Shown: positions 43,699 to 55,643, counted from the first letter of the stretch. The stretch is 64,000 bases of DNA from Savitreella phatthalungensis (GCA_051599415.1 AP039691.1:310001-374000), one strand, 5' to 3'. Translations and numbers: made by a program. The notes: generated from the letters alone by a model not told the origin.

Positions 43699-45831
43699 AT
43701 GCGCTCGCCATGGCTATGGCTCATCCTCTTGCTTCAGATCGTTGGGCTTGCCATATTTGCTAAGGGCTTTTTTGCATTGAATAAGCCCGTGCTCGCTGGC
43801 TCTGCAGTGGCACAGTATGACGGTCTACATGCGCCTTTTCAGCGCATCGTGCTCATAGTGATCGATGCTTTTAGATCCGACTTGGCGTATGCTGATGAAG
43901 CACAGATGCCATACTTACACTCGCTGATAGATTCTCGAGATGTCCTTGCATTCACAGCTAGAGCATCTACGCCCACCGTAACTTTGCCACGGTTGAAGTG
44001 TCTCGTGACAGGAGGAATATCCAGCTTCCTTGACGCTGTACTCAACATTGCCGAGTCAGACACATCTGCAAGTTCCGCCTTACAGGACAACTGGGTCTCA
44101 CAGCTCTGGGCTGCGGGGCGCCGAATTCATATGTACGGCGATGACACCTGGTTACGCATGTTCCCCGGCGTATTTGCCCAGACTGATGGCACGTCGAGCT
44201 TTTATGTTAACGACTTCACCGAGGTCGATCACAATGTCACTCGCCACCTCGAGCAAGAACTCCGGCTGGACGCAAAGTGGGACGGACTGATCCTGCATTA
44301 CCTGGGAATGGACCATATTGGCCATCTTGCAGGGCCGAAATCGCCGCATATGCCAGCGAAGCAGCGCGAGATGGACGACGTCGTCCGACGTGTGCATCTT
44401 GCGTCACAAGCGCGAGACCGGAAAGATCAAAAGCGCACGCTACTCGTTGTTACTGGCGATCACGGAATGACAGAGCAAGGTAACCATGGCGGATCCACTG
44501 ACGGCGAGGTGATGACTGCTGCATTCATGCTTGGCCATGGGCTACGCGAATCTAAAGACGAGAAAAGTAACGTCGGGAAACAGGATGGACTGGTCTATCA
44601 CAATCCCATTTTACAGTCTGATATCGTACCAGCTATCTCAGCATTGCTAGGACTCCCGATACCGCTAAACTCGGTAGGCGTTGTACCGATAGCTGTGCTT
44701 AACAAGCTGGACCCAAAGTACGCAGACCAGGTGCTTAAAGGCAACAGGCTGCAGCTTGAGTCTTTGGCTAAGCAAGCTGGCACGCCGCAGGAGCTACAAC
44801 AGGTCCTGCTTGGCAGCAGCGGCGACTTTCGTTTAGAACTGCTGGTGGTCGGCATTGCTATCCAGGCAATCGGAGCTGCTATTGCAGCCTCAAGATGGGT
44901 CAAGGCACGCGGATCGCTGCTGATGCTTGGTCTGCCTCTGCTCTGGGGGGCGACAACGTTCGCCTCCAGCTTCATCGAAGAGGAGCACTCGTTTTGGTAC
45001 TATCTGGTCAACATCGCGCTGGTCATTGAGATCTCAAAGTCCGGCGTAACATCTCGGCGAGCTCTGACTTTCGTTGCATTCTTCGTCATCCGGCACCTGC
45101 ATCAGACAGGCGACAAATATGCTCACCACGCTGACCTCGCCGGACTACTCAGCCTGCCAACGGTTCGCGCACTCGCGATTCTGAGCTTCGCAGCAATTCT
45201 CAGCCTCGTCTTGACATCTAGTCCAGGCGTTTCTCTTGCAAGACGTGTGCCCGTCTTGCTCGCGCTTCAGTGCGTCGCTATCTTTAAGCGCGGTACTGGC
45301 AGCCACCAGATCGCTCGTCTCGTGTGGGCGCTCATCACGGTGTCGCTGCTTCCTGGACTTGGCCCGCATCTACCGCTGACGACAGTATTCAGTGTGATTT
45401 GGCTACTGCAGACGAGGCAAGTCGATTGGTTATTGCTACCCTTGATGCACACTATGGACGTCTCTACAGATTTGGCCTTCGCAGCTCTCGTCCAAGCGAG
45501 TTTCTTCTCTATGGGTAACGGCAATAGTCTCGCTAGACTGGACCTCTCACAGGCCTACAATGGCGTGCTCAGATACAGTCCAACAGTTGTGGGAATGCTG
45601 TTGTTCGTCTCCACATTTGCCTCGCCGATATTCTGGGCGATCCGTTGGCGGAACGCGAGGCCGCAGACGTACAGGCTCTGCGCACTACTGCAGTCTACTG
45701 TGTACACGACGTTCCTGTGTGCTGCCTGTACCGTCCTCAGACACCATCTATTCGTCTTCTCGGTGTTTTCACCGAAGGTGCTCTATGCAGTAGCATGGGC
45801 GGTCTTCTACGGCCTGGTCGCCGTCACGTGA
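43699..45831 (+). CDS. GPI7: GPI ethanolamine phosphate transferase 2 (Gpi7/PIG-G)
   Basis: IVIDAFRSD, PTVTLPRLK, MYGDDTWLRMFP, DFTEVDHNVTRHL, LHYLGMDHIGH, GDHGMTEQGNHGGS, SSFIEEEH and RHHLFVFSVFSPK with a multi-TM C-terminus. Confidence 0.93.
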   Translation: MRSPWLWLILLLQIVGLAIFAKGFFALNKPVLAGSAVAQYDGLHAPFQRIVLIVIDAFRSDLAYADEAQMPYLHSLIDSRDVLAFTARASTPTVTLPRLKCLVTGGISSFLDAVLNIAESDTSASSALQDNWVSQLWAAGRRIHMYGDDTWLRMFPGVFAQTDGTSSFYVNDFTEVDHNVTRHLEQELRLDAKWDGLILHYLGMDHIGHLAGPKSPHMPAKQREMDDVVRRVHLASQARDRKDQKRTLLVVTGDHGMTEQGNHGGSTDGEVMTAAFMLGHGLRESKDEKSNVGKQDGLVYHNPILQSDIVPAISALLGLPIPLNSVGVVPIAVLNKLDPKYADQVLKGNRLQLESLAKQAGTPQELQQVLLGSSGDFRLELLVVGIAIQAIGAAIAASRWVKARGSLLMLGLPLLWGATTFASSFIEEEHSFWYYLVNIALVIEISKSGVTSRRALTFVAFFVIRHLHQTGDKYAHHADLAGLLSLPTVRALAILSFAAILSLVLTSSPGVSLARRVPVLLALQCVAIFKRGTGSHQIARLVWALITVSLLPGLGPHLPLTTVFSVIWLLQTRQVDWLLLPLMHTMDVSTDLAFAALVQASFFSMGNGNSLARLDLSQAYNGVLRYSPTVVGMLLFVSTFASPIFWAIRWRNARPQTYRLCALLQSTVYTTFLCAACTVLRHHLFVFSVFSPKVLYAVAWAVFYGLVAVT

Positions 45832-45961
45832 TCATCCTGGCATTATACGCCTACAGCTTGTCAATCTACCCAGACGATTCTAATGTTGCCGATTCCCGCT
45901 TCTATCCCGTCCATGTGTGCTAAGAAAGTCTTATCGGAGTGGTTCGCCATCAAACGCAGTC

Positions 45962-47002
45962 CTACTTCAGCGGTGTGGCGACAGCACCGTCGTGCGCAGG
46001 CTCGAGCACAGCAGTCTTGCAGACGATGTTTTCAGCTTTGAACTTTTCGACGATCGTCGCTGCGATGTTTTCAAAGTTGTGGGTGGCTAGGGCCAGAATG
46101 GTCGGTCCTGCGCCGGACAGGCAGATGCCGCAAAGGCCTGGGTGTGTATCCGGACGAACACTAGCGAGTACGTCTGGGAGTCCCGGAATCAATGTCTTCC
46201 GATACGGCTGGTGGACGCGATCTTTCATCGCTTCATAGATGAGCTCGGGATCAGGAGGGCTCTGTGTGAGAGCTGTTGTCAGGACGGCGAGACGTTGCAG
46301 ATTGAAAACTAAATCCTTCTTCGAGTAGGTCTCTGGGAGCACTCCGCGAGCTTTCGCGGTGGAAACTTCGAATTGTGGAATGATGGCAATCGCCTTGAGC
46401 TCCTTCGCCCAGCCGAAGCGGATGTAGTGGCCGATGCCTTTCGGAGGTTGTGGGGGCTCTAGGCCCGTGTCGAGCCCGCCTGCTGGCTCCGGCAGGACTT
46501 CTGATAGTGGAATCTCCTTGCGTTCTGTATCAGCAGCGTCAAGCTCCCGCAAATATGAACCGACGAAGCCGCCCATCATGGCAGCCATGACGTTGTCCGG
46601 GTGTCTTTCGATCATCAAGCAGAAATCCATCATGCGGTCCTTTGAGAGGTGTAAACCTCCCAGCATGTCCCCGAGCATGACACCGGCGACGACCGCTGCG
46701 CCAGATGAACCAAGTCCGCGACCGAGCGGGATGTCATTGTGGAAGTGGATGGCGATGCTGTCTGGTAGGGATCGCTGTCCATGACATCTGAGAAGATATA
46801 GCGCTGTGCGTGTGATCAGATTGTATTCCGGATCCAGAGGCACTTCATCTGCGCCTTCTCCTGTGCATGTGAGGACACATCCGGGCTTTCCTGTGTCTGT
46901 CGAGACGTCTATCGTGAGATAGATACTGAGACTGATGCCAACTACGTCAAAGCCTGGTCCGATATTCGCTGATGAACAAGGAACCCTGATCTGTCCCTTC
47001 AT
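45962..47002 (-). CDS. THR1: Homoserine kinase (GHMP family)
   Basis: Likely start MKGQIRVPCSSANIGPGFD (ATG at 47002); IPLGRGLGSSGAA, ERHPDN and LSGAGPT. Confidence 0.96.
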   Translation of the reverse strand: MKGQIRVPCSSANIGPGFDVVGISLSIYLTIDVSTDTGKPGCVLTCTGEGADEVPLDPEYNLITRTALYLLRCHGQRSLPDSIAIHFHNDIPLGRGLGSSGAAVVAGVMLGDMLGGLHLSKDRMMDFCLMIERHPDNVMAAMMGGFVGSYLRELDAADTERKEIPLSEVLPEPAGGLDTGLEPPQPPKGIGHYIRFGWAKELKAIAIIPQFEVSTAKARGVLPETYSKKDLVFNLQRLAVLTTALTQSPPDPELIYEAMKDRVHQPYRKTLIPGLPDVLASVRPDTHPGLCGICLSGAGPTILALATHNFENIAATIVEKFKAENIVCKTAVLEPAHDGAVATPLK

Positions 47003-47428
47003 GACTCCAAGCACTCTATTTCTCTGCGAGCGACCCAGATGACGCAGGACTGAGACCACTGAATCGGAGACTATCGAGCTGTAAGAAGGAAGACTTCTGG
47101 AGACGAGAACTGTCAGGATAAGTGTCGTCCATGGTGACTCCGACGTTTGTGCATCCAGACGATGCTGACTGCCCAGACCTTTCCGACCGAGCACGAGTCT
47201 CGAAGAAAATAAAAAAATGTTTGATCCCATATCACAGACTTTCTCTCAAGGCTTCTCTATCTGGCTTATCCACTGAAGAGTAGCTCGACCCTGCGCACGG
47301 CGTTGATCTTCGTCCGCAGCTTCCTGTGTTCGTGCTGTCTAGATCAACGGCGCCTACAGCAGCTTCCTTGACGTCTTCACTGGCGTTGACTGTACAGAGA
47401 AAGAGCTCGACTCGTGCTCAGTACCACA

Positions 47429-49759
47429 ATGGCTTCTGTACTCCTGGTTGGAAATGGCGGCCGAGAGCATGCGCTCGCTTGGAAGCTGGCTCAGTCAGAC
47501 AAAGTGGCCAAAATCTTTGTCGCTCCCGGTAACGGTGGAACGGACTCGGTCGAAAAGGCTACCAACGTCAATATCGGCGTGTCAGACTTCCCAGCCCTCG
47601 TCAAATTTGCAGTGGAGAATGGCATCGAGCTCGTCGTACCCGGGCCGGAAGTACCTTTGGTCGAGGGCATTGAGACGCACTTCCGCAAGGTAGGAATTCC
47701 TGTGTTTGGTCCGAGCGAGAAGGCTGCCGAGATGGAGGGCAGCAAGGCGTTCTCAAAGGACTTCATGAAGCGCCACAGCATCCCGACCGCCGCGTATGAG
47801 AACTTCACAGATATCAACGCCGCACTTAGCTACATCGATAGGGTCGATCATTCTGTCGTCATCAAGGCATCTGGTCTGGCCGCTGGCAAGGGCGTCATCA
47901 TTCCGACGTCCAAGGACGAAGCAAAGCAAGCGATCCAGAAGATCATGAATGACAAGGAGTTTGGTGCAGCTGGTGACGAAGTGGTGATCGAGGAGTTCCT
48001 CGAAGGTGAGGAGCTATCTGTACTCGCTTTCAGTGACGGCTACACCATCAAGGCCATGCCTGCAGCACAGGATCACAAGCGCATCTTCGACGGCGACAAG
48101 GGACCGAACACAGGCGGCATGGGTTGCTACGCCCCAATCCCACTTGAGACGCCACAGCTCGTCAAGACGGTTGCAGACACGATCCTGAAGCCGACCATCG
48201 ATGGCATGCGTCGTGACGGCTTCCCGTTCGTCGGCATGCTCTTTACAGGTATCATGATGACGAATTCTGGACCGAAGGTGCTGGAGTACAATGTCCGCTT
48301 TGGAGATCCAGAAACGCAGACGGTCCTGCCACTGCTCCAGGGCGACCTGTACGAGATCATGCTCGCTTGCGCTCAGCACAGACTTGACGCTATCGACTTC
48401 TCCTTCTCAAAGGAGTTCTCTACGACCGTCGTGGTGGTGGCAGGTGGCTACCCAGACAAGTATGCCAAGGGCGATGTGATCACGATCGGACAGTCTTCGG
48501 CCTCTGACACGCGTGTATTCCATGCCGGTACCGCTCGCAAGGGCTCCGACATTGTGACTGCTGGCGGTCGTGTCATCGCCGTCAACGCCACTGGTACATC
48601 GCTCAAGGACGCTGTAGATCGAGCATACGTCGGCGTCGGTCAGGTCTCCTTTGATAACAGCTTCCACCGTCGTGACATCGCGCACCGCGCCTTCGGCGAG
48701 CGTCGGAAAGAAGCTCTCACCTACGCAACAAGTGGTGTGGATATTGCGGCGGGCAACACGCTCGTGGAGCGAATCAAGCCTGCCGTTCGTGCAACTCGTC
48801 GACCTGGTGCTGATTCTGAGATTGGTGGTTTCGGCGGTGTGTTCGATCTGGCGGCTTCCGGGTATACCGATGCTTTGCTCGTTTCCGCCACAGACGGCGT
48901 AGGAACAAAGCTTCTGGTAGCTCATGCTGCAGACAAGCACGACACCGTGGGCATCGACCTTGTCGCCATGAATGTCAACGATCTCGTTGTGCAAGGCGCA
49001 GAGCCTCTATTCTTCCTGGACTACTATGCATCGAGCAAGCTCGACGTCGACATCTGCGCAGACTTTGTGTCTGGGGTCGCACAGGGATGTCTGCTTGCAG
49101 GCTGCGCGCTCGTCGGCGGAGAGACAGCAGAAATGCCTGACATCTATTCTGGCAAGGACTACGACGCAGCAGGCACAGCCGTCGGTGCCGTCGACCGTGC
49201 ACAGATTCTGCCACGCATCAACGACATGAGGACAGGCGACGTGCTTCTCGGTCTGCCGTCTTCTGGCGTCCACTCCAACGGCTTCTCCCTCGTTCGCAAG
49301 ATCATGGCGCGCTCGGGCTTGCTGTACTCTGATGCCGCGCCCTGGGAGACGGAAGGTCGCGGTGGCCGTACCATCGGTCAGTCACTTCTGGAGCCGACCA
49401 GGATCTACGTGAAGGAGCTGCTGCCGCTCTGCAAGGAAGGTCTATTGAAGGGAATGGCTCATATCACCGGCGGTGGCCTTGTAGAAAACGTGCCTCGGTG
49501 CCTGCCGAAGTCACTCGAGGCTCAGATCGACTTGAACACGTGGTCACTGCCGCCAGTTTTCCGCTGGCTGAAGAAGGAGGGCAATGTGCCATTCGACGAC
49601 ATTGCCAAGACGCTCAACATGGGCATCGGCATGGTACTCGTCGTCGATGCCAGCCTAGCAGATACGGTGCAGCAGCGTCTGCCACATGCATACCGCATCG
49701 GCAAGCTTGTCGAAGGTACCAGCGGGTGTACTCTCCAGAACCAGCAGGCTTGGGAGTGA
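47429..49759 (+). CDS. ADE5,7: Bifunctional GAR synthetase / AIR synthetase
   Basis: [85 protein letters not shown]. Confidence 0.98.
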   Translation: MASVLLVGNGGREHALAWKLAQSDKVAKIFVAPGNGGTDSVEKATNVNIGVSDFPALVKFAVENGIELVVPGPEVPLVEGIETHFRKVGIPVFGPSEKAAEMEGSKAFSKDFMKRHSIPTAAYENFTDINAALSYIDRVDHSVVIKASGLAAGKGVIIPTSKDEAKQAIQKIMNDKEFGAAGDEVVIEEFLEGEELSVLAFSDGYTIKAMPAAQDHKRIFDGDKGPNTGGMGCYAPIPLETPQLVKTVADTILKPTIDGMRRDGFPFVGMLFTGIMMTNSGPKVLEYNVRFGDPETQTVLPLLQGDLYEIMLACAQHRLDAIDFSFSKEFSTTVVVVAGGYPDKYAKGDVITIGQSSASDTRVFHAGTARKGSDIVTAGGRVIAVNATGTSLKDAVDRAYVGVGQVSFDNSFHRRDIAHRAFGERRKEALTYATSGVDIAAGNTLVERIKPAVRATRRPGADSEIGGFGGVFDLAASGYTDALLVSATDGVGTKLLVAHAADKHDTVGIDLVAMNVNDLVVQGAEPLFFLDYYASSKLDVDICADFVSGVAQGCLLAGCALVGGETAEMPDIYSGKDYDAAGTAVGAVDRAQILPRINDMRTGDVLLGLPSSGVHSNGFSLVRKIMARSGLLYSDAAPWETEGRGGRTIGQSLLEPTRIYVKELLPLCKEGLLKGMAHITGGGLVENVPRCLPKSLEAQIDLNTWSLPPVFRWLKKEGNVPFDDIAKTLNMGIGMVLVVDASLADTVQQRLPHAYRIGKLVEGTSGCTLQNQQAWE

Positions 49760-49965
49760 TCCCTCCGAGTAGTCATCTCTCGTCGAGCGCAATCGTCGAG
49801 TGCACATATAGAGATAGAAAGCGAAGGGTGTCAAAAGGAATCACATGGGCATATAATCATCGCAATCGAGTAAAGTCTGCAATTTGGCAGCGGCGTAACG
49901 CTTGTTGTTGCATGAGGATCGCGTGTCGGGATACAGTGCGTGTGTGTGTGGCCTTTTTGCTCCGC

Positions 49966-50303
49966 CTAATGGCCGTTCATCTGATTGAGCGACTTAATGA
50001 TGTGGATATTGAGCTGTGAGGCAAAAAGTTTGTCAGTCACAGGTCTCTTTTGGAAGGCTAGAAGGAGGAAGTGAGATGAGACGGTCTACTTACGTCGAGA
50101 TACCGTGAGACACAATTCTGCAAACACGGAGCATTCAAGTCGCTGCCCTTGACGCATAGTGGGAAACACTTCTCTGTGAACTCGCTGATGGCGCTCTGCA
50201 TCTTCAATCTGCCGGTCTCCTGCTCGATAAACGACTGCATCTCCCGCCGCTCCCCTTCTGACAGATTGGCCAACGCCTCTGTGTTAATCTGGACTTCCGA
50301 CAT
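49966..50303 (-). CDS. TIM8: Mitochondrial small Tim chaperone Tim8; 2 exons, intron 50014-50093
   Basis: Twin CX3C (CFPLC...CLQNC). An 80-nt GTAAGT..CTGAC..CAG intron gives RYLD-LNIHIIKSLNQMNGH*. Confidence 0.88.
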
Positions 50304-50655
50304 GATCAAGATTATCTGACCGATTCCCAAGGCTCCCTTAGTCGGTACCAGTGAACGGCAGTGTGGCTTCTCGACTTCTCGTACTCAGGGACTCGATCGC
50401 GGAGTCTTTCTGCAGCGGTGTCCAACCACTTGACGCATATGCTTGGAAATGGATATTCTCCCAAGGGAATTCTTAACGATCTCTCCGCCAGTAAGCTTGT
50501 GATCCGAAGTTCAGGATAGCTCCACACTTCTACATGGGCAATCACATCCTCTGCACGTATCATCTCATCTCTGTCAAGGCAAGCAACAGAGAACCAGCTA
50601 TAAAGGTCATTCGTCCTTCTCATCATTTTGCCGAGTGGCAAGTTCAGGCGCTCAG

Positions 50656-51696
50656 ATGATCAGACTACCAAAAGTCCCGAGGCCGAAGCCATCCGCCAAC
50701 TTGACAGCTCACCACATCATCAAGGGAGACAAGCTCGTCGGATTCAGATCACCTTTCGACAGCAAGACTCCTCGGGTTCCCCCATCTGCATTCTTCCGCG
50801 CGCGTCTAGACGGATCTCTGTCGTTTTCGAATCCGAAGGAGGATGTCTCTAGTGCTGTCGGATGGCAGAAGCCTGAGTTTGGCGGCTGGCGTCCAGGCAT
50901 GATGCGCGTGGCTTGGCTCGGTCATGCTTCCGTGTACCTGGAGCTGCCGAACGGTGTTCGGGTCTTATGTGACCCGATGTTCAGTCAGAGATGCTTCGCC
51001 GTTCAGTGGGCTGGACCGAAGCGGTACACCCAGCCACCAGCGACCGTCGAAGACCTTCCGCACATCGACGTCGTCTGCATCTCACACAATCACTATGACC
51101 ATCTCGACCTCAACACCGTCAAACAGCTTCACAAGAAATTTGACCCGCTATTCATGGTCTCCCTCCGAAACAAAGATTGGTTTACCGCCACGGGGATTGA
51201 GAAGGTGTGTGAGCTCGACTGGTGGGAGGAGCGTGTGGCTTCGTTTGATGGTGGGAGGGAGGCACGATTTGGGTACTTACCTGCAGAGCACATGACCGGC
51301 AGAGGTCTACATGATCAAGGAGCGACACTCTGGGGATCGTGGGTGATTGAAGGGATCGAGAACAAGGAGGACGAGAGCGGTCGAAAGTTCTTCTTTACAG
51401 GTGACACGGCCAAGTGCGACGTCCACAAGGAAATTGGGCAGCTTCGAGGACCATTCGACGTGGCAGCAGTTCCGATTGGTGCGTACACCCCACGAAGACT
51501 CATGAGAGCGTCCCATGTCGACGTGCCTGAGGCAGTCGAGGTCTACAGAGACATCAGGGCGAAAAGCGCATTCGCCATTCACTGGGCCACGTTCACGCTG
51601 TCTTCGGAACCCTGGGACGAGCCGCGTGAAGAGCTGCGTCGTCTTGCACCGGAAGGCTTTACTGATTGGCCAATGGGCGAGCTTCGCGAAGTCTGA
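50656..51696 (+). CDS. NAPE-specific phospholipase D-like metallo-beta-lactamase (Fmp30-like)
   Basis: WLGHAS, DPMFSQR, GPKRY, SHNHYDHLD, ELDWW, LWGSWV, GDT, PIGAY and IHWATF motifs. Start codon uncertain. Confidence 0.9.
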   Translation: MIRLPKVPRPKPSANLTAHHIIKGDKLVGFRSPFDSKTPRVPPSAFFRARLDGSLSFSNPKEDVSSAVGWQKPEFGGWRPGMMRVAWLGHASVYLELPNGVRVLCDPMFSQRCFAVQWAGPKRYTQPPATVEDLPHIDVVCISHNHYDHLDLNTVKQLHKKFDPLFMVSLRNKDWFTATGIEKVCELDWWEERVASFDGGREARFGYLPAEHMTGRGLHDQGATLWGSWVIEGIENKEDESGRKFFFTGDTAKCDVHKEIGQLRGPFDVAAVPIGAYTPRRLMRASHVDVPEAVEVYRDIRAKSAFAIHWATFTLSSEPWDEPREELRRLAPEGFTDWPMGELREV

Positions 51697-51844
51697 GACG
51701 AGATCGGACGCAGAGGCAGAGTGACGTCAACATCATCGAATTACGTGGGCAGCTTCGGCTGCCCAGAAAGGTGTCTAGCTGTACAAAATGCACACCTGGA
51801 GAAGACATGGAAGAATCTCGAGGGATGTGAAAGAAGGTTTCACC

Positions 51845-52957
51845 TCAGTATCCTAGCGTTGCTCTGTACTTTGGCAGGAAGAGTGACTTGCCCTTGACCA
51901 TGCTGGCCATCCAGCCGCCAAAGCTCAGCTGCCAGATCGGCAAGACTGCTGCTCCAGCCTTGGTACCAACTGTGACGATGATGAACTCTGTCCCAGGCTT
52001 GTACTGCTTCGACGGCGTGTCGTTGCTGTTGACCAGCGAGGCGATATTGGCGGCAACGACAGGAGCTTGGTAGCTGGTCTTTGCTGCCATCTTGACCTCG
52101 CCAATGTCAGCGACATCTCCCAATGCGAAAATACGAGGGTGATTTTCCACCTGGAGTGTCGAGGACACCTTGATGCAGCCATTCTCGGAGATTGCGGAGG
52201 AATCGAAGGCGCGCATGAGATCGGAGTTTGGCTTGTTGCCCACGGCTGTATAAACCAAGTCAGGGGTGATGGTCCGACCGTCAGACAGCTTGACGGGTTT
52301 CTTGGACTCGACCTTACCATCCGTCGAGGTGCGAAGGGCGACGTCGACGCCGAGTGCACGGAGCTGTGTCGTAAGGAGCTTACGCGACTTGAGCGGATAC
52401 GCGTCTGATAGCAATTCTTCTCCTCGGTGAACGAGCGTGATGTCCTTCCTCCTCGTACCTTGGTACTTCTCGCCGACCTCTCCGGCAAACTCGACACCGA
52501 CAGCTCCGCCGCCAATGACCAAGATCGACTTGGCAGCGGCAATCTCTTCGCCTTGGTTGGCGAAGAATTTGAGTGCCTCGTCGCGACCGTCTGGGATTGT
52601 CAGTGCATCTGACCAAGTCGATCCAGTCGCAATGATGAGTGCGGAATATTCAATCTTCGCGTCTTCGCCAGAAGCATCGGTGAAGACGGCAGAGTCAGTA
52701 ATGCTCTTTGCGGTAGCATGGACTACGCGATCTTTTGAACCTGCTTTGAAGAAGCGGTCGTACGGGATCAAATGTCCCTCGTTGGTCTTCTCGTCCAATG
52801 GCGCTCGAAGACCTGCGAGCATGTGCCAGAAGAAGTCGCGCTTGTCGATCAGTACGATTGCGTAATCGGAAGGAAGCCCGCTACTACGTTTCTCGAGTGC
52901 TCGAGCGAGCTCCAGCCCAGCATAGCCCGCACCAATGATAACGATGTTCTTTGCCAT
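51845..52957 (-). CDS. AMID/AIFM2(FSP1)-like FAD-dependent pyridine nucleotide oxidoreductase
   Basis: MAKNIVIIGAGYAG (FAD), IIATGS, IGGGAVGVEFAGE (NADH) and IFALGD; ATG at 52957. Confidence 0.9.
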   Translation of the reverse strand: MAKNIVIIGAGYAGLELARALEKRSSGLPSDYAIVLIDKRDFFWHMLAGLRAPLDEKTNEGHLIPYDRFFKAGSKDRVVHATAKSITDSAVFTDASGEDAKIEYSALIIATGSTWSDALTIPDGRDEALKFFANQGEEIAAAKSILVIGGGAVGVEFAGEVGEKYQGTRRKDITLVHRGEELLSDAYPLKSRKLLTTQLRALGVDVALRTSTDGKVESKKPVKLSDGRTITPDLVYTAVGNKPNSDLMRAFDSSAISENGCIKVSSTLQVENHPRIFALGDVADIGEVKMAAKTSYQAPVVAANIASLVNSNDTPSKQYKPGTEFIIVTVGTKAGAAVLPIWQLSFGGWMASMVKGKSLFLPKYRATLGY

Positions 52958-53508
52958 ATCAGATATCGTTGTTTGGATAGACTTTGAGAAGACTTCCACT
53001 CGTGGTACTATATATGATACGATTGTATAGTTGAGTTTATGAGGGGTGTTACTGTTTTGTCAGGACGATTTGTCACATGCAACCCCCGTCCCATCGACTG
53101 TATGTAGTGTTGGAGTTGGGCATCTCCAAAAAGGATTCGTCAGCTTCGGAGGTTTCGATATTCCGGCCAATCGTTGATTCGATTGTAATGCTGCGAATTC
53201 CAGAACACTTAAAAGAGAAATTTGTTCTTCTTGACCTATAGTTACCTATTCTTCGGGATAAACTTTAATTGAAAATTGAGCTTGATTATCTTATTCGTAA
53301 ATGCAACAAGCTAATTCAGGCGATCGCTTAGGAAGACTTCTTTCATAATTCTTATAAATCATGACGAGCACTGCTACGCATTCACAAAGCAGCTTGTTGA
53401 AGATGTTGTCAACGCCCACGCCCTCGAGAATCCGCAAAAATCTCTCTTGTCCTCACTCTCCCAGTGATTGTATCATAGCGAGGATGACTTCTCTATGCTA
53501 GTGCTAAC

Positions 53509-54593
53509 TCAAGCTTGATACTGTTGTAATTTCGGAACAGTGAGTACTGTTGTCTCTGCCGACCGACGGACTTTGATGGCGTCCTGTCCTGGATTGACAT
53601 CCTGATAGCCAGCAAATTTGACAACTGTGTAGATCATCACTGCGTAGAGCGCGCCGATCAACGGTCCAATGAAGAAGATCCAGCCGCGGTCGGGGTACTT
53701 GCCGACTGCGACAAGCGTACCTAGCGTGCGTGCAGGGTTTGCACCGCAAGACGTGAAGGGCACAGCAGCCAGGTGAGCTACAGTGATACTGAGGCCGACG
53801 AGCAGCGGAGCCATCGGTGTGGATCTGTGTTTCTCAACAGCCAGGAACAAAACCGTCAAAACGAGACCTGCGGTGACGAGAGCCTCAATAGCAAGCGCGC
53901 CCACGTGACTCACCACAAATATCTCGGTCGTGCCATCGTCAGCCAGCATTGTCGGCATCGAGCTGGTCACGAGCAATTTGCCGGGCACAATTGCCTTGAC
54001 GACGACGCTTGCGATGATGGCGCCAATCAGCTGCGCAGCGATGTTGACGACCAATCTGAGTGGCGGGATTGCTCTGACGAGCGCCAAAGCGAACGAGACG
54101 GCCGGGTTGAATTGCCCCCCAGAGATCCGGAACCAGATGAAGACTTGAACTGCCAGCGCCAGCCCAAAACCGAGCGAGATGATCAACACGTCACCTGGAC
54201 CAGTCGATCCTCCTCCACGCTTGGCAGCAGACACGGTTCCCTGAGCCAGCAACAGAGACGGTGTCAGGAAGCCGAAAGTTCCAAACATCTCGGCGACAAA
54301 ACTGATAAGCTCGTGGCGTGCGGCTGTCGCCATCGGCGACTCTTGCCTGCTGCGAAGCATTCCATACTGGTGTTGGGTCAGTCAACAATTCATTGTGGAA
54401 CGAACTCATCACTCAACGGAGAACTTACGTTCCGGTCAAAAAAAGGGAGATCGTCCTGGTAGAAGGCGTGGTTGTCATCCTGTGCCAGCGTCACTCCGCT
54501 GTCGCCAGACTCTTGCCTGTGTGGCGCTAGCTGTGGGTAAGAACTCATCAGTGCGGCGAACTCACTTGTCCTGACCGTGCTTGGAGGACGCAT
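53509..54593 (-). CDS. Aquaporin (MIP family); 2 exons, intron 54367-54428
   Basis: AEMFGT, ISGGQFNPAVS and GANPART, with six TM segments. A 62-nt GTAAGT..CTGAC..CAG intron joins ..LPFFDRN-YGMLRSR in frame. Confidence 0.93.
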
Positions 54594-55097
54594 CGGTGTA
54601 CCTGCAGCGGCTTTTTATGAGGTCGAAGGCAGTCAGAGAATCCGTGACCCAAGTCTTCTAGAATGTCACACACAGACGATGCGTTCGCAACCGGATTCGT
54701 GAAGAGATCGGAGACATGCCCAAGCGCGTAAATATGGATGAGAACAGGTCACCGGACTCACCGTCAGAATGCTCCATGGCTAGGGCGCTCAGTGCACGAT
54801 CAATTTACGCCTGACACGCCATCTTCATCACTACATCAACCCAACACACGATCGTCATACGTAACTGGCATGGCAGACGTATAGATAAAGCGGACTGATG
54901 ATACAGGTCAGAAGTCACGCCTTGTCATTCCGCGTCTCTCATAGATTGCAATCTTCACCTCGGTTCTGTGGAGCAGGCCTGAGGATACTCATCCCTAAAT
55001 GGTCAATTACACGACTGATTGTCCTTGATATGGGTTAGGAATGCCCTACCTAAGCCTACATACCTGAGTACCGCTCGTCTGACGAGACCAAACTTGT

Positions 55098-55643
55098 CTA
55101 GGTCATGTTCGCTGGCAGCTTCCCCCTTGCAAACGGGAAGTGGTATGATGTGACCCCCTGATCACCTACTTCGGTCGTAGTCGCACGCCCCTGTGCCCAG
55201 ATCATGGGTTGCGGTCCACCTGACTGGACCGCCTTACTCCCGCATCCTTTGCATCTCACCTGCGCACTGAACAAATTATCTTGCACGCTCGACCTCAACA
55301 CTTCTACTGTGGCGACCTGTGTGGCGGCAGGGCGGGAACGGCCGGTGGAGACTCGCATCGACGCAGTCACCGTGCCACCTGGCTGCGGGAAGAGGAGGAG
55401 GATGAGTGCGTCTGCCATGGCTTCACCAAACCCGACACCTGTATATTTCGCTTCAGAGCTGCCGGTGACCATCATCAGCACATCGTCACCGTCTCGCGTG
55501 AGACCCACACAAAGCGGAGTTGCCGGTGAAGTCAGACTCCGTCGCGCCTGGACACAGTCCCCTGCAGACATTGGTGGCGCTTTACCCTGACCCACAGCCA
55601 GGCCTACCAAAAGGGCGAGCCATGCTAATAGACAAATATACAT
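55098..55643 (-). CDS. Secreted DOMON / cellobiose-dehydrogenase cytochrome-like domain protein
   Basis: Signal peptide, GVGFGEAMADALILL, VTASMRVSTG..P, RCKGC and PMIWAQG are typical of the CDH-cytochrome/DOMON fold. Confidence 0.75.
   Translation of the reverse strand: MYICLLAWLALLVGLAVGQGKAPPMSAGDCVQARRSLTSPATPLCVGLTRDGDDVLMMVTGSSEAKYTGVGFGEAMADALILLLFPQPGGTVTASMRVSTGRSRPAATQVATVEVLRSSVQDNLFSAQVRCKGCGSKAVQSGGPQPMIWAQGRATTTEVGDQGVTSYHFPFARGKLPANMT

Noticed and set aside
47003..47230. 76-aa N-terminal extension of THR1 in the ORF track
   Set aside because: Homology starts at MKGQIRVP; the extension looks like open 5' UTR or promoter sequence. A targeting peptide cannot be excluded but is unsupported.
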